Below are positions 28,963 to 36,781 of a stretch of 64,000 bases of DNA, in pieces; position 1 is the first letter of the stretch; the number at the start of each line of letters is the position of its first letter. Where the stretch lies: IMG/VR virus record IMGVR_UViG_3300042398_001156, positions 1-64,000 of that record. One strand, given 5' to 3'. The position numbers were made by a program, and so were the translations under genes. The notes beneath the pieces are model-generated. The model saw only the letters and a program-made list of their open reading frames with translations, did not search any database and had not been told where the DNA came from. The DNA comes from a virus.

Positions 28963-30551
28963 CAGAGTAGCAACTTCTGGATTTCATTATCGAAGAAGGT
29001 GGTGCGTTTTACACCTTGTACATAATAAGAACCGTTCTTATGTATCATCGTTGCTTTGGCTAAGTGTCCTTCAATTAAATTTTGGAAACCGTTAGTACCT
29101 TTGTTACGAATTGCTTTGCGTCCATTGGCTTTACAGTATTGTTCGTACATCCGATAGAGATCACTGCGCAACATTTCATCTTTGTTATTTGTCGTAACGT
29201 TAATGCATTCTTGCCAGAACATCCCGATGATGTCTGAGTCTACTCGGTACTGTAAGAACTTTTGTTCGATGTTATGTGGCTTTGGTTCTTGTTTAATCTT
29301 AAGTCCCTTATGCTTAAAGTAATTGAGATATAACCAAGCTTGGATTTTAGGGTACTCTTCTGCCAACTTGTTTAAGAGGTTGGGGTCCTCTTTTACAATC
29401 TTAAAATCAAATGGGACTAAGATTAATCGTTTGAAAATAGGATCAAGTGCAGACCAGTCTCCAAAGTTAATCAACGAGTTAGCAATCACAAGCGGCGTTC
29501 CACAAACATTAACTTCATAGTTTCTGGAATACGCTGGACGAATGACAGTCATGATCTTATTGCCAAACTCATCGCGTCCACCTTCAGTAATTTCTTTAAT
29601 GTTCTGTGTAGATGCAACCATGCGTTCATCGATCTCATTAAAGATTAATAAACTTCTACCTTCGGTTGCAGCCAACGCGTCATCTTTTTTATACGAGCTT
29701 TGTGGTTGTGAGTTTAGATACTCAGCGTTCATACGGACAGCATGCGGTCCAAGAATATCTTGTAAGACTTTGATGACTGTACTCTTACCGTTACGACCTG
29801 ACTCACCGATAAAGTAAATCATCACTTGGTTGTAGTTGTATGGTGACATCAAGTACGCTAACACTTTATGAAAGTAAGCAACTCTATCTTTGTCGTTTAA
29901 CATATACTCACTGATCAACTGTAACCATAATGTCGGTTCATCGTCTGTCGTGTTAATCGGAACTGGACTAATGTGCATCAAGTGTAAGTCTTGGGTATCT
30001 TTAAAGGCAACTGGTTTTAGATTGAAGCTGACTTTGCTCATGTCGAGAATCGCACGGCGTCCATCCGTGGTTTCAAAGTAGCGTAAGTTTTCGGTTGCAT
30101 TCACAATGTCAGCACTCTTACGTATCGTAAAGATAATTGCTGTCTTGATCCGTGCAGCTAATGCGTTGAGTCTACCTGGAACAAAGAATGCTTTGGCGTA
30201 TCGGTAAAAGATTTCATCCTTTGCCGCTTCAGCTTCTTCAGCAACGACACTGAAAAAGTCTGTCAACATATTGCGTAGCTTGGTCTCGTCTTGTTCGAAG
30301 TGCCATAGACCATTGGTGTTGTCATAGACCAACATCTGTTCTTTGTCTTCGACATACTTGAAGTACGAACCTAACCACTCAAATGTTTTTTGTGGAATCG
30401 GAATCGCAGCATCACTTGTCAACTCAGCGACGAACCTTTTAATTTCTGGTTCGGACAAGTTCGAACGATCTTGAAACATTGTGAATACTTCTTTCACGTG
30501 CTTACGAAGATGCGCTTTGTAACTCGTCAAGTAGTTATTAAAAACTGCCAT
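28962..30551 (-). CDS. SF3 helicase of the D5/P4-primase C-terminal family, no recognisable primase domain
   Basis: GESGRNGKST Walker A, IFNEID Walker B, IK.ITEG, N sensor, KRL..VPF, C-terminal LY..Y..YC..NG winged helix. Confidence 0.85.
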   Translation of the reverse strand: MAVFNNYLTSYKAHLRKHVKEVFTMFQDRSNLSEPEIKRFVAELTSDAAIPIPQKTFEWLGSYFKYVEDKEQMLVYDNTNGLWHFEQDETKLRNMLTDFFSVVAEEAEAAKDEIFYRYAKAFFVPGRLNALAARIKTAIIFTIRKSADIVNATENLRYFETTDGRRAILDMSKVSFNLKPVAFKDTQDLHLMHISPVPINTTDDEPTLWLQLISEYMLNDKDRVAYFHKVLAYLMSPYNYNQVMIYFIGESGRNGKSTVIKVLQDILGPHAVRMNAEYLNSQPQSSYKKDDALAATEGRSLLIFNEIDERMVASTQNIKEITEGGRDEFGNKIMTVIRPAYSRNYEVNVCGTPLVIANSLINFGDWSALDPIFKRLILVPFDFKIVKEDPNLLNKLAEEYPKIQAWLYLNYFKHKGLKIKQEPKPHNIEQKFLQYRVDSDIIGMFWQECINVTTNNKDEMLRSDLYRMYEQYCKANGRKAIRNKGTNGFQNLIEGHLAKATMIHKNGSYYVQGVKRTTFFDNEIQKLLL

Positions 30552-30613
30552 GTCTGTATCTCCTATCTTGGAATTATCCCGCTTTCATCGGGCTTTTTCC
30601 TACTTCTGCTATG

Positions 30614-30642
30614 AGTATAGCATAGTAGAATTTATTTGTCAA
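30614..30642 (-). promoter_or_regulatory. Consensus sigmaA/sigma70 promoter TTGACA-N17-TATACT with TATG -16 element
   Basis: Exact TTGACA at 30642-30637, 17-nt spacer, TATACT at 30619-30614, upstream of the helicase operon. Confidence 0.85.
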
Positions 30643-30686
30643 CACATGCAACACAGAAAGTACACAGTCTGTGTAGTACATCTTGT

Positions 30687-30866
30687 TTACATTGTCAAGT
30701 AAAATATTAAACTTGCGAGTCCACCCACTGCTGCAGAAACTCCTAACACATAAAGCAGTCCTATAATAAATGGCAACCATCCAAACATGATCAGTTCATA
30801 TACTGGTGTACGTTGGACAAACAACATAAAGAATAAGGCGACACTAAATGCGACAATGAATACCAT
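30687..30866 (-). CDS. Small two-TM membrane protein (59 aa, MVFIVAFSVALFFMLF...)
   Basis: Read from the sequence; TAATG overlap with the upstream gene and AGGAG RBS. Confidence 0.65.
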   Translation of the reverse strand: MVFIVAFSVALFFMLFVQRTPVYELIMFGWLPFIIGLLYVLGVSAAVGGLASLIFYLTM

Positions 30867-31540
30867 TACTTTTTCTCCTTGCTGACGATGTCCGCTTCAT
30901 AGAGGAAGTCGTCTGTGTCTTCGGTGACCCAAGCATGCTCTTGTTCACAGCTATACTCCTGGGTATTAATCTTCCAAGGTTTGTCTTTGTACTCCTTGGT
31001 CACGAAGCTCGGTTCATACCAGCGTAAGATCCGGTTGTTGGGTTGCAGTGCGAACTGTCCTGTCTCCAACATGATGAAGTGATGGGACTTATGTTCTTGG
31101 GGATCTTCGGATAACGTGAAGTCCATCCCGTTGTTCTCGTTCGCTCCCCATTGGATCGTGTACAAGTAAGTCCCTTCTAACGTCGTCCGGTTTTTCATCC
31201 TGACATCGACACTAGCATTATACACATAGTTCAAGGTCACTAAGCTAAAGACTTTAGAGAAGCAGTCCCACAACTGTAGACTATGGAACGGGTAAGTCTC
31301 CCAGACCTTTTCGTCTTCAGGGATCTTCCACGCCAAGGCAGAGATCGGTAACTTGTCCCGCATCATGCCATACTCGGTCAAGACTTGGAACAGTGCCGCC
31401 GAACCTTCGTTGCATCTGATTGAGATCAGAATTGCCTTTGTGTACTTGCCTACGTATTCAGGCGCATCAGGCTTGTCAAAAAAGAACCCATCCCGTACGT
31501 ATACTTTCATTGGCGGCAAGCTTGCTTCGATGTATGCCAT
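30866..31540 (-). CDS. Conserved phage hypothetical protein (224 aa)
   Basis: KLPISA...LQLWDCFS...YL.TI.W...SEDPQEHKSHHFI.L..GQFALQPNNR pattern recalled from aquatic phages; AGGAG RBS; higher GC than the right arm. Confidence 0.75.
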   Translation of the reverse strand: MAYIEASLPPMKVYVRDGFFFDKPDAPEYVGKYTKAILISIRCNEGSAALFQVLTEYGMMRDKLPISALAWKIPEDEKVWETYPFHSLQLWDCFSKVFSLVTLNYVYNASVDVRMKNRTTLEGTYLYTIQWGANENNGMDFTLSEDPQEHKSHHFIMLETGQFALQPNNRILRWYEPSFVTKEYKDKPWKINTQEYSCEQEHAWVTEDTDDFLYEADIVSKEKK

Positions 31541-31557
31541 AGTGATCTCCTATCCGT

Positions 31558-31568
31558 AGTATAACACA
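31558..31568 (-). promoter_or_regulatory. Extended -10 promoter TGTGT-TATACT
   Basis: Just upstream of the RBS of 31540. Confidence 0.55.
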
Positions 31569-31678
31569 GGCAACACAGATATACACAACAACCTGCAGAA
31601 CCTGTGCACCTGCTTCTGTGATAGCTGCCGAACTCACGCACCTGCTTCTGGTAAGACAAGCGGTCGGTTTCTGGGTTT

Positions 31679-31689
31679 AGTATATCATA
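31679..31689 (-). promoter_or_regulatory. Extended -10 promoter TATGA-TATACT
   Basis: TRTG-n-TATACT; upstream TGGACA at a 19-nt spacing. Confidence 0.45.
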
Positions 31690-31882
31690 CCTTAGCCGAC
31701 ATCTGTCCAGGATCGACTATGGTTGCGACTTAACGTCCTACGAAGGGCTGGCGAATTAAGGTGCCATCTCTATGTGGTAGCGCATGTAGTATAAGTAGGC
31801 ACTTCCCTTGGAGTATCCTATAGAGTGTCTATTAGATATATATAATATAGGAGGTATAAGGACTGACTGATTGTTTAAAAGA

Positions 31883-31909
31883 TATACTACTTATACTACT
31901 TATACTACT
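31883..31909 (+). repeat. Tandem repeat (TATACTACT)x3
   Basis: Directly visible. Confidence 0.85.
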
Positions 31910-32455
31910 TTAGTCGTTGTAGACGGTATGTTTGCTCAAAGGCTTATACTACCTGTATACTACCATTGGAGAAAAGGGCGCTAATATATATTTATATATA
32001 TTATACCCCCTACAGCAATATTGCATTTAAGAACCACCCCCCCCTATACCCCTATAGGTCACCCCCCTCCCCCACATATACCATATGTACTACGACAATA
32101 GGTACACGTAAAAACGTCATGCCGCAAGGCATCTACCTCTTCTGCGCGTCAGAGCCCACATAACCCGCCAGGGCACAGCAAACTTCCAGTTTGCGATCCG
32201 TGCATCATCAGATGTTATTAAGGCTCCCTACGTGTTATCATCCTTGGATTCATAAGTTTTTTCCGAGTACCTCTAGTTGTCATTACATATATTATGTTTC
32301 TTACCCCCCCTAATCAATCATATCTAATCCACACCCAAGCACTTCGCTACCCGCTCAATCCGTTCTCCTCCTCCGGCCTCGCCCGGACTTGTTTTAAAAA
32401 GCACAGCACATCCTAGCCGTCAGCTACCCCCGCAAAACCAGAGGAGGGCATCATC

Positions 32456-32680
32456 ATGCCATTTTATATTCATGTTGGAGGGAAGGGTGAAACTACAAAA
32501 GTTTTCACTATTCAAGTTAAAGACCAAACTACTGGTCTTACTAATTCACTTACCTTGAGAGGTAATGTGAATTGGACAAGAGATGCAGGGAAAAATATCC
32601 TGCTCTCAATATCGAACGCAGTCGATCCTACTTTAGGGGCACCTGCGGGCTCCTATATTTTCGGCGAAAAGAAAAAGTAG
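32456..32680 (+). CDS. Hypothetical early protein
   Basis: GAGGAGG RBS; followed by a terminator. Confidence 0.7.
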   Translation: MPFYIHVGGKGETTKVFTIQVKDQTTGLTNSLTLRGNVNWTRDAGKNILLSISNAVDPTLGAPAGSYIFGEKKK

Positions 32681-32683
32681 TTT

Positions 32684-32714
32684 GAAGGGATCTTCGGATC
32701 CCTTCCCTTTTTTT
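32684..32714 (+). terminator. Intrinsic terminator
   Basis: GAAGGGATC-TTCG-GATCCCTTC, then CC and T7. Confidence 0.85.
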
Positions 32715-32896
32715 AAATCCCGAAGGGCTTTTAAATCCATTACATAGAATCTATACATAGATTCGTTTAATCACAATATGTGGGATGTTCCCACTTAGGT
32801 TTTAGTACTTTCCATATAAAAAAGTACATATATGAACTAATAAGGTAAATTCCTTTAATAGTTCACCAAAGCTTATTGCTCTAGGAGGGGCACAAC

Positions 32897-33043
32897 ATGC
32901 GTAAAAACGCAAAGACAAGTCGTTGGGTTTTAATACAAAATTTTGATTTAAAATCAAAGACATTCAGTACTACATTTGACAAACCTGTTTTATATGAAGT
33001 TAATACAGGTCGTATTGTTACTAAATGGCCTACAATTAAATAA
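32897..33043 (+). CDS. Small early protein (48 aa, MRKNAKTSRWVLIQNFD...)
   Basis: AGGAGG RBS; read from the sequence. Confidence 0.6.
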   Translation: MRKNAKTSRWVLIQNFDLKSKTFSTTFDKPVLYEVNTGRIVTKWPTIK

Positions 33044-33161
33044 TGCGGGATAGGCTGAACAACGTAAGTCCTATCTTGTGTCTATTAGCAGTTACCCTTC
33101 TGCTATAACAAAAAGGGAAACCAGGGTTGTGACCTACACAAAGCTTATCTAGGAGGATAAT

Positions 33162-33563
33162 ATGTCTAAAAAACTAAAAGAACTGTATATTGCTTTAAAC
33201 AATGCAATGAATTCTGGACGTATTGATGAAGAGTATCTTCAATACATTGATCGTCTTCAAGATGAAATACAAGCATTAGAAAATCAAACACAAGAACCTA
33301 TGCAACAATTATCAATACTATCTGTCTATCACGTTCCATCACTAGAAAAATTGTATATTAAAGTTGTTGATGTAGATGGTCCACGTTATGTTTTAGAACT
33401 TGTTGAATATAAAGAAGATGCTTCTGTGTTCAATCAAGATCAAGTCAAAGAATTACTTGAAGATTTTCGTTCACATAACAAAGACCAAGCTTACTTCTCT
33501 AATGAACTTCTTCATACTGAAATGAAAAAAGGTCTTGTTGAATTTCACAAGGAAATATTATGA
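33162..33563 (+). CDS. Hypothetical early protein
   Basis: AGGAGG RBS. Confidence 0.75.
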   Translation: MSKKLKELYIALNNAMNSGRIDEEYLQYIDRLQDEIQALENQTQEPMQQLSILSVYHVPSLEKLYIKVVDVDGPRYVLELVEYKEDASVFNQDQVKELLEDFRSHNKDQAYFSNELLHTEMKKGLVEFHKEIL

Positions 33564-33739
33564 CATTCGAAGAATTCTGTAAACAAGCTGAAGCATCTCC
33601 CTTCCACTGGGAGATCTTCGGCGAAATGAATGAACTTCTACATGAAGGTTATTCAGAACAACAAGCTTATACCCAAGCATTAGCTTACGGATATGACTTG
33701 GAACAAGAAGCATTACGCTTTGAAAAAAGTCTACAATAA
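33560..33739 (+). CDS. Small acidic protein (59 aa, MTFEEFCKQAEASPFHWEIFG...)
   Basis: ATGA overlap with the upstream gene; AAGGA RBS; read from the sequence. Confidence 0.6.
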   Translation: MTFEEFCKQAEASPFHWEIFGEMNELLHEGYSEQQAYTQALAYGYDLEQEALRFEKSLQ

Positions 33740-33800
33740 CATAGTAAACTACACAGACTTTACACACCTGTGTAGTTTGCGTTTAATGAAAGGAATAATT

Positions 33801-33971
33801 ATGGAACAGACAGTGTTACTTTCTCACAATGCTATGATTCGTATAGCACAAATTCAACATGAACTTTCTGCTATAGAACAAGGATATACCGATATGCTTA
33901 ATGGTAATGAAACTATTACAGATAGACTTCTTATTTTAAGTTATGAATTATTAGACATAATTAGTAAATGA
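33801..33971 (+). CDS. Small helical protein (56 aa)
   Basis: GAAAGGA RBS before ATG 33801, preferred over the track start at 33693. Confidence 0.6.
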   Translation: MEQTVLLSHNAMIRIAQIQHELSAIEQGYTDMLNGNETITDRLLILSYELLDIISK

Positions 33972-33984
33972 AAGGAACTTTTAA

Positions 33985-34161
33985 ATGAAAAAGTTAGAGA
34001 CTAAATACGCACATCGTAGAGAACCCGATTACGTTTTATTTGAAATCCTACAAGCATTGTTAGCTGCACGTGCAAAGATTCGTGCCAAAGATAACAAACG
34101 TTATGAAGAAAAACTTCAAACGATTATCGATGAACTCTACCAAGAGTTAAGAGGAATATAA
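33985..34161 (+). CDS. Small hypothetical protein (58 aa, MKKLETKYAHRREPDYVLFE...)
   Basis: GAAAGGA RBS; read from the sequence. Confidence 0.6.
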   Translation: MKKLETKYAHRREPDYVLFEILQALLAARAKIRAKDNKRYEEKLQTIIDELYQELRGI

Positions 34162-34162
34162 T

Positions 34163-34939
34163 ATGTTAAGAGGAAGAGACATCATTGTATACCTTGCTAT
34201 TAAATACCAAGGCGATTGGAACGCTATCTACCAAGCAATTAAAAACAAAGAGCTTGTAGATGAACCAACAGTGCATGAAACATTAGCTAAAGAACAAGCA
34301 AAGGTAGTCACCATCATAGATGAAGATTACCCTGAAAAACTAAAGAGGATTTATAAACCACCTTTTGTGCTTTTCTATTACGGCAAGTTAGATACATTAC
34401 AATACCGAAAATCATTAGGTATCTATGCAGAAAAACTTACCGAGTATAGTTTGTCAACAGCACAAAATATTCTTGGTCAAGTCAATGCAGATACTACCAT
34501 GATTATGATTAACAATGACCAAAGTCCACTATTCAGTCGTGCTGTTGATCATAATGTAACGATACTTAATTCAAGTATTAGAGCATTACAATCAGGAGAA
34601 AAACTTGTTATGAGTGAATACCCGTCTGAAACAACTGGTACAGCTGACCTTAAAAATTGGGCAGCAAGATTGATTGTTGGCTTATCTGATGTTGTATTCT
34701 TACCAGAAACAAAAGCTAAAGTTGCTAAGATTACTGCTGGGTACTCAGCCTACTTAAATAAACAAGTAGCAATTGTACCTCAACAAGCTAATAGTAAAAA
34801 CATTAGCAATCAACTCATTCAAGAAAACATAGCCAAAGTTGTCTTGCATGGCAAAGATATCTTAGCTATGTATAACGATGTCAAAGATTCATCAGCACCA
34901 CCTAACCCTGAACATCTTAAAGAGTCAGGTATAAACTAA
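34163..34939 (+). CDS. dprA: Divergent DprA/Smf-like protein
   Basis: Y.A.KY.GDW..IY.AI N-terminus; VTI.DEDYP..LK.IY.PPFVLFYYG; SEYP; RLIVGLS; SNQLI. Confidence 0.75.
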   Translation: MLRGRDIIVYLAIKYQGDWNAIYQAIKNKELVDEPTVHETLAKEQAKVVTIIDEDYPEKLKRIYKPPFVLFYYGKLDTLQYRKSLGIYAEKLTEYSLSTAQNILGQVNADTTMIMINNDQSPLFSRAVDHNVTILNSSIRALQSGEKLVMSEYPSETTGTADLKNWAARLIVGLSDVVFLPETKAKVAKITAGYSAYLNKQVAIVPQQANSKNISNQLIQENIAKVVLHGKDILAMYNDVKDSSAPPNPEHLKESGIN

Positions 34940-35042
34940 ATATATTGTGGTTGTGCATAAGCACCACGTAAAAGACTTAACGTACCCTTTCCCCCTAGAA
35001 ATAACGGTAAGTCTTTCCACACTTAAAAACAAAGGAGCCCTT

Positions 35043-35279
35043 ATGGGTAGAAAACAAATAGACAAATGGTTTACAGTCGAAGGACGTTTCGATATTACTT
35101 TGCGAATCATGGCTAAAGATAAAGCTGAAGCCATTGCATGGGCAAAAGAAAAGTTTAACGGTAGCTTATTTCAAATCAGCACTGCTGAAATGTTACCACC
35201 TGCTGGACCACAACTTATCATGATGGCTACAAAGAAAATTAAAAAGCCACGCCGTGACAAACATACATCTTGGGTATAA
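35043..35279 (+). CDS. Hypothetical protein
   Basis: AAGGAG RBS before ATG 35043 (track start 34947). Confidence 0.6.
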   Translation: MGRKQIDKWFTVEGRFDITLRIMAKDKAEAIAWAKEKFNGSLFQISTAEMLPPAGPQLIMMATKKIKKPRRDKHTSWV

Positions 35280-35282
35280 GCT

Positions 35283-35735
35283 ATGGGCTTAGATCAAATA
35301 CTTATCTCAAGTAAACGTGGTACCGTTATTGATTGGCGTAAAGCTAATCAAATACATGGTTGGTTTGACCACCAATTAGGTGGAGTTAAAAACGTTACAA
35401 AGTACCCGGTCAAAGTCACGCAATTAGAATTCTTATTAGAAGATTGTATTCGTGTTAAAGAACATCTTATTGCAGGTGGTATGAAAGGTTTCGAAAAAGT
35501 AACAGAACGTGGTACCAAAGATGGACAACCATTCGAGAAAAAAGAAATGGTTCCTATGTTTGTTAACGTTAGTTTAGCACAAGAACTGTTACCACCTACC
35601 CCAGGATTCTTCTTCGGAGGTTATGACTTCGATGAATGGTATCTTAAACAAATAAATGAAACAATTGAAAAACTAATGCAAGTCTTATCAACAAAACAAA
35701 AAGGCGAACGATTTTACTACGAAGCTTGGTGGTAA
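35283..35735 (+). CDS. Conserved phage protein (MGLD...WRKANQIHGWF...YYEAWW type)
   Basis: Recognisable motif set including GFFFG..D.DEWY. Confidence 0.75.
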   Translation: MGLDQILISSKRGTVIDWRKANQIHGWFDHQLGGVKNVTKYPVKVTQLEFLLEDCIRVKEHLIAGGMKGFEKVTERGTKDGQPFEKKEMVPMFVNVSLAQELLPPTPGFFFGGYDFDEWYLKQINETIEKLMQVLSTKQKGERFYYEAWW

Positions 35736-35878
35736 TTAATTCTTACCCCATTTAGATATAACTAAGTGGGGTATCTTCACAAAGAACTTTGGGCTGTAGC
35801 ATAGGATGAGAGCTAGTCTCAATACCCTCGTAAGTCTAATCCCCCAACGATCCGGTGCAAGTCCGGTAGGAGAAACAT

Positions 35879-36040
35879 ATGGAAAAAATATTTCAATTCA
35901 ATTACTTAAAAAAGTTTTTACAAAAATATCGTTCATCAAAACGTGCCGATCCAATGATGATTAAAGTCTTCGATAGTATTCTATCTGATATTGAAACAGA
36001 CATTATAAGTGAAGACTTGAAAAGGAGAAACCTTAAATGA
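35879..36040 (+). CDS. Small hypothetical protein (53 aa)
   Basis: AGGAG RBS; read from the sequence. Confidence 0.55.
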   Translation: MEKIFQFNYLKKFLQKYRSSKRADPMMIKVFDSILSDIETDIISEDLKRRNLK

Positions 36041-36213
36041 AATGTCATGAATGTAACAGTTCAAAGATAATGTTAGACGATCGTCCTCAACTTATTGATG
36101 GTTCATTAGTATTCAATTACATTTGTAGTAATTGTTTACATTCAGGTGAACATCAAAAACAAGTAAGTAAAATTAAAATAACTTACGAAAATAAAAGGAG
36201 TAAGAAAAAATGA
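36037..36213 (+). CDS. Small Zn-ribbon protein (58 aa, MKCHECNSSKIML...YICSNCLHS)
   Basis: AAGGAG RBS, ATGA overlaps at both ends, CxxC-x23-CxxC. Confidence 0.7.
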   Translation: MKCHECNSSKIMLDDRPQLIDGSLVFNYICSNCLHSGEHQKQVSKIKITYENKRSKKK

Positions 36214-36425
36214 AACAAGATTACACCTATCTTATAGGTAAACTTATTGTCATCGTCTACATGGACGGTGAACCACATTACAATGGACGACAAGGTGTTG
36301 TCAATTACGTTGATGACATGGGTCAACTTCATGGTACATGGGGTGGACTTGCTGTTAATCCACAAGTAGATAAGTATGTTATCTTACAACAACAAGAACA
36401 AGAAAGAGGACCAGCACATGACTAA
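36210..36425 (+). CDS. DUF4314-like protein
   Basis: G.V..VDD.GQLH..W..LA...D pattern. Confidence 0.7.
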   Translation: MKQDYTYLIGKLIVIVYMDGEPHYNGRQGVVNYVDDMGQLHGTWGGLAVNPQVDKYVILQQQEQERGPAHD

Positions 36426-36570
36426 ATTAAACTTACAAAAACTTGTAGCTTACTTAGTAGATGAACTAAGAAATCTTGGTATGGACCCCAAGGACTTAAC
36501 CTATATTCTTAGACTACATGGTATGTCTGATGAAGACATTTTGGAATATTATGGCATCTCAAGTAACTAG
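36418..36570 (+). CDS. Small hypothetical protein
   Basis: GAGGA RBS before ATG 36418. Confidence 0.6.
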   Translation: MTKLNLQKLVAYLVDELRNLGMDPKDLTYILRLHGMSDEDILEYYGISSN

Positions 36571-36766
36571 TGAACGTATACGTGCAGTCTATAATAGACT
36601 ACATAAACTTATGGTCAATGATTTATTAACCATGAATTTTGACGATCATGTTCTATACACACAGCAACTTAATAAGTTAGCTGAACTTATGAATGTTTTA
36701 ATATTATTAGTCGAACGCTTTAGTAAAGAAGAAATGTTAGACAAAAGTATCGGCATGTCCGAATAA
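36551..36766 (+). CDS. Small helical hypothetical protein
   Basis: Overlapping ORF; start uncertain (36518 or 36551). Confidence 0.55.
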   Translation: MASQVTSERIRAVYNRLHKLMVNDLLTMNFDDHVLYTQQLNKLAELMNVLILLVERFSKEEMLDKSIGMSE

Positions 36767-36781
36767 AGAAAGGTATATCAA

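Larger units (their letters stand above)
31541..32455. other. Divergent non-coding region (candidate origin or genome terminus)
   Basis: Strand switch; TATACTACT x3 at 31883-31909; AT-only palindrome at 31982-32003; several C-tracts. Confidence 0.5.

Noticed and set aside
2293-30614. Plus-strand ORFs antisense to the late/left arm (e.g. 2293, 3422, 8152, 11584, 20106, 24109, 29542)
   Set aside because: Shadows of long, motif-bearing minus-strand genes; no RBS or recognisable product
30574-30780. 68-aa minus-strand ORF in the track
   Set aside because: Overlaps a better-supported coupled membrane ORF (30687..30866) and runs through the consensus promoter
31966-32163. 65-aa plus-strand ORF
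   Set aside because: TTG start without RBS; translates low-complexity TA and C tracts
35790-35870. Cobalamin riboswitch or intact tRNA
   Set aside because: The GGTGCAAGTCC T-loop is present, but there is no AGGGAA/B12 box and no acceptor-stem 3' strand or CCA
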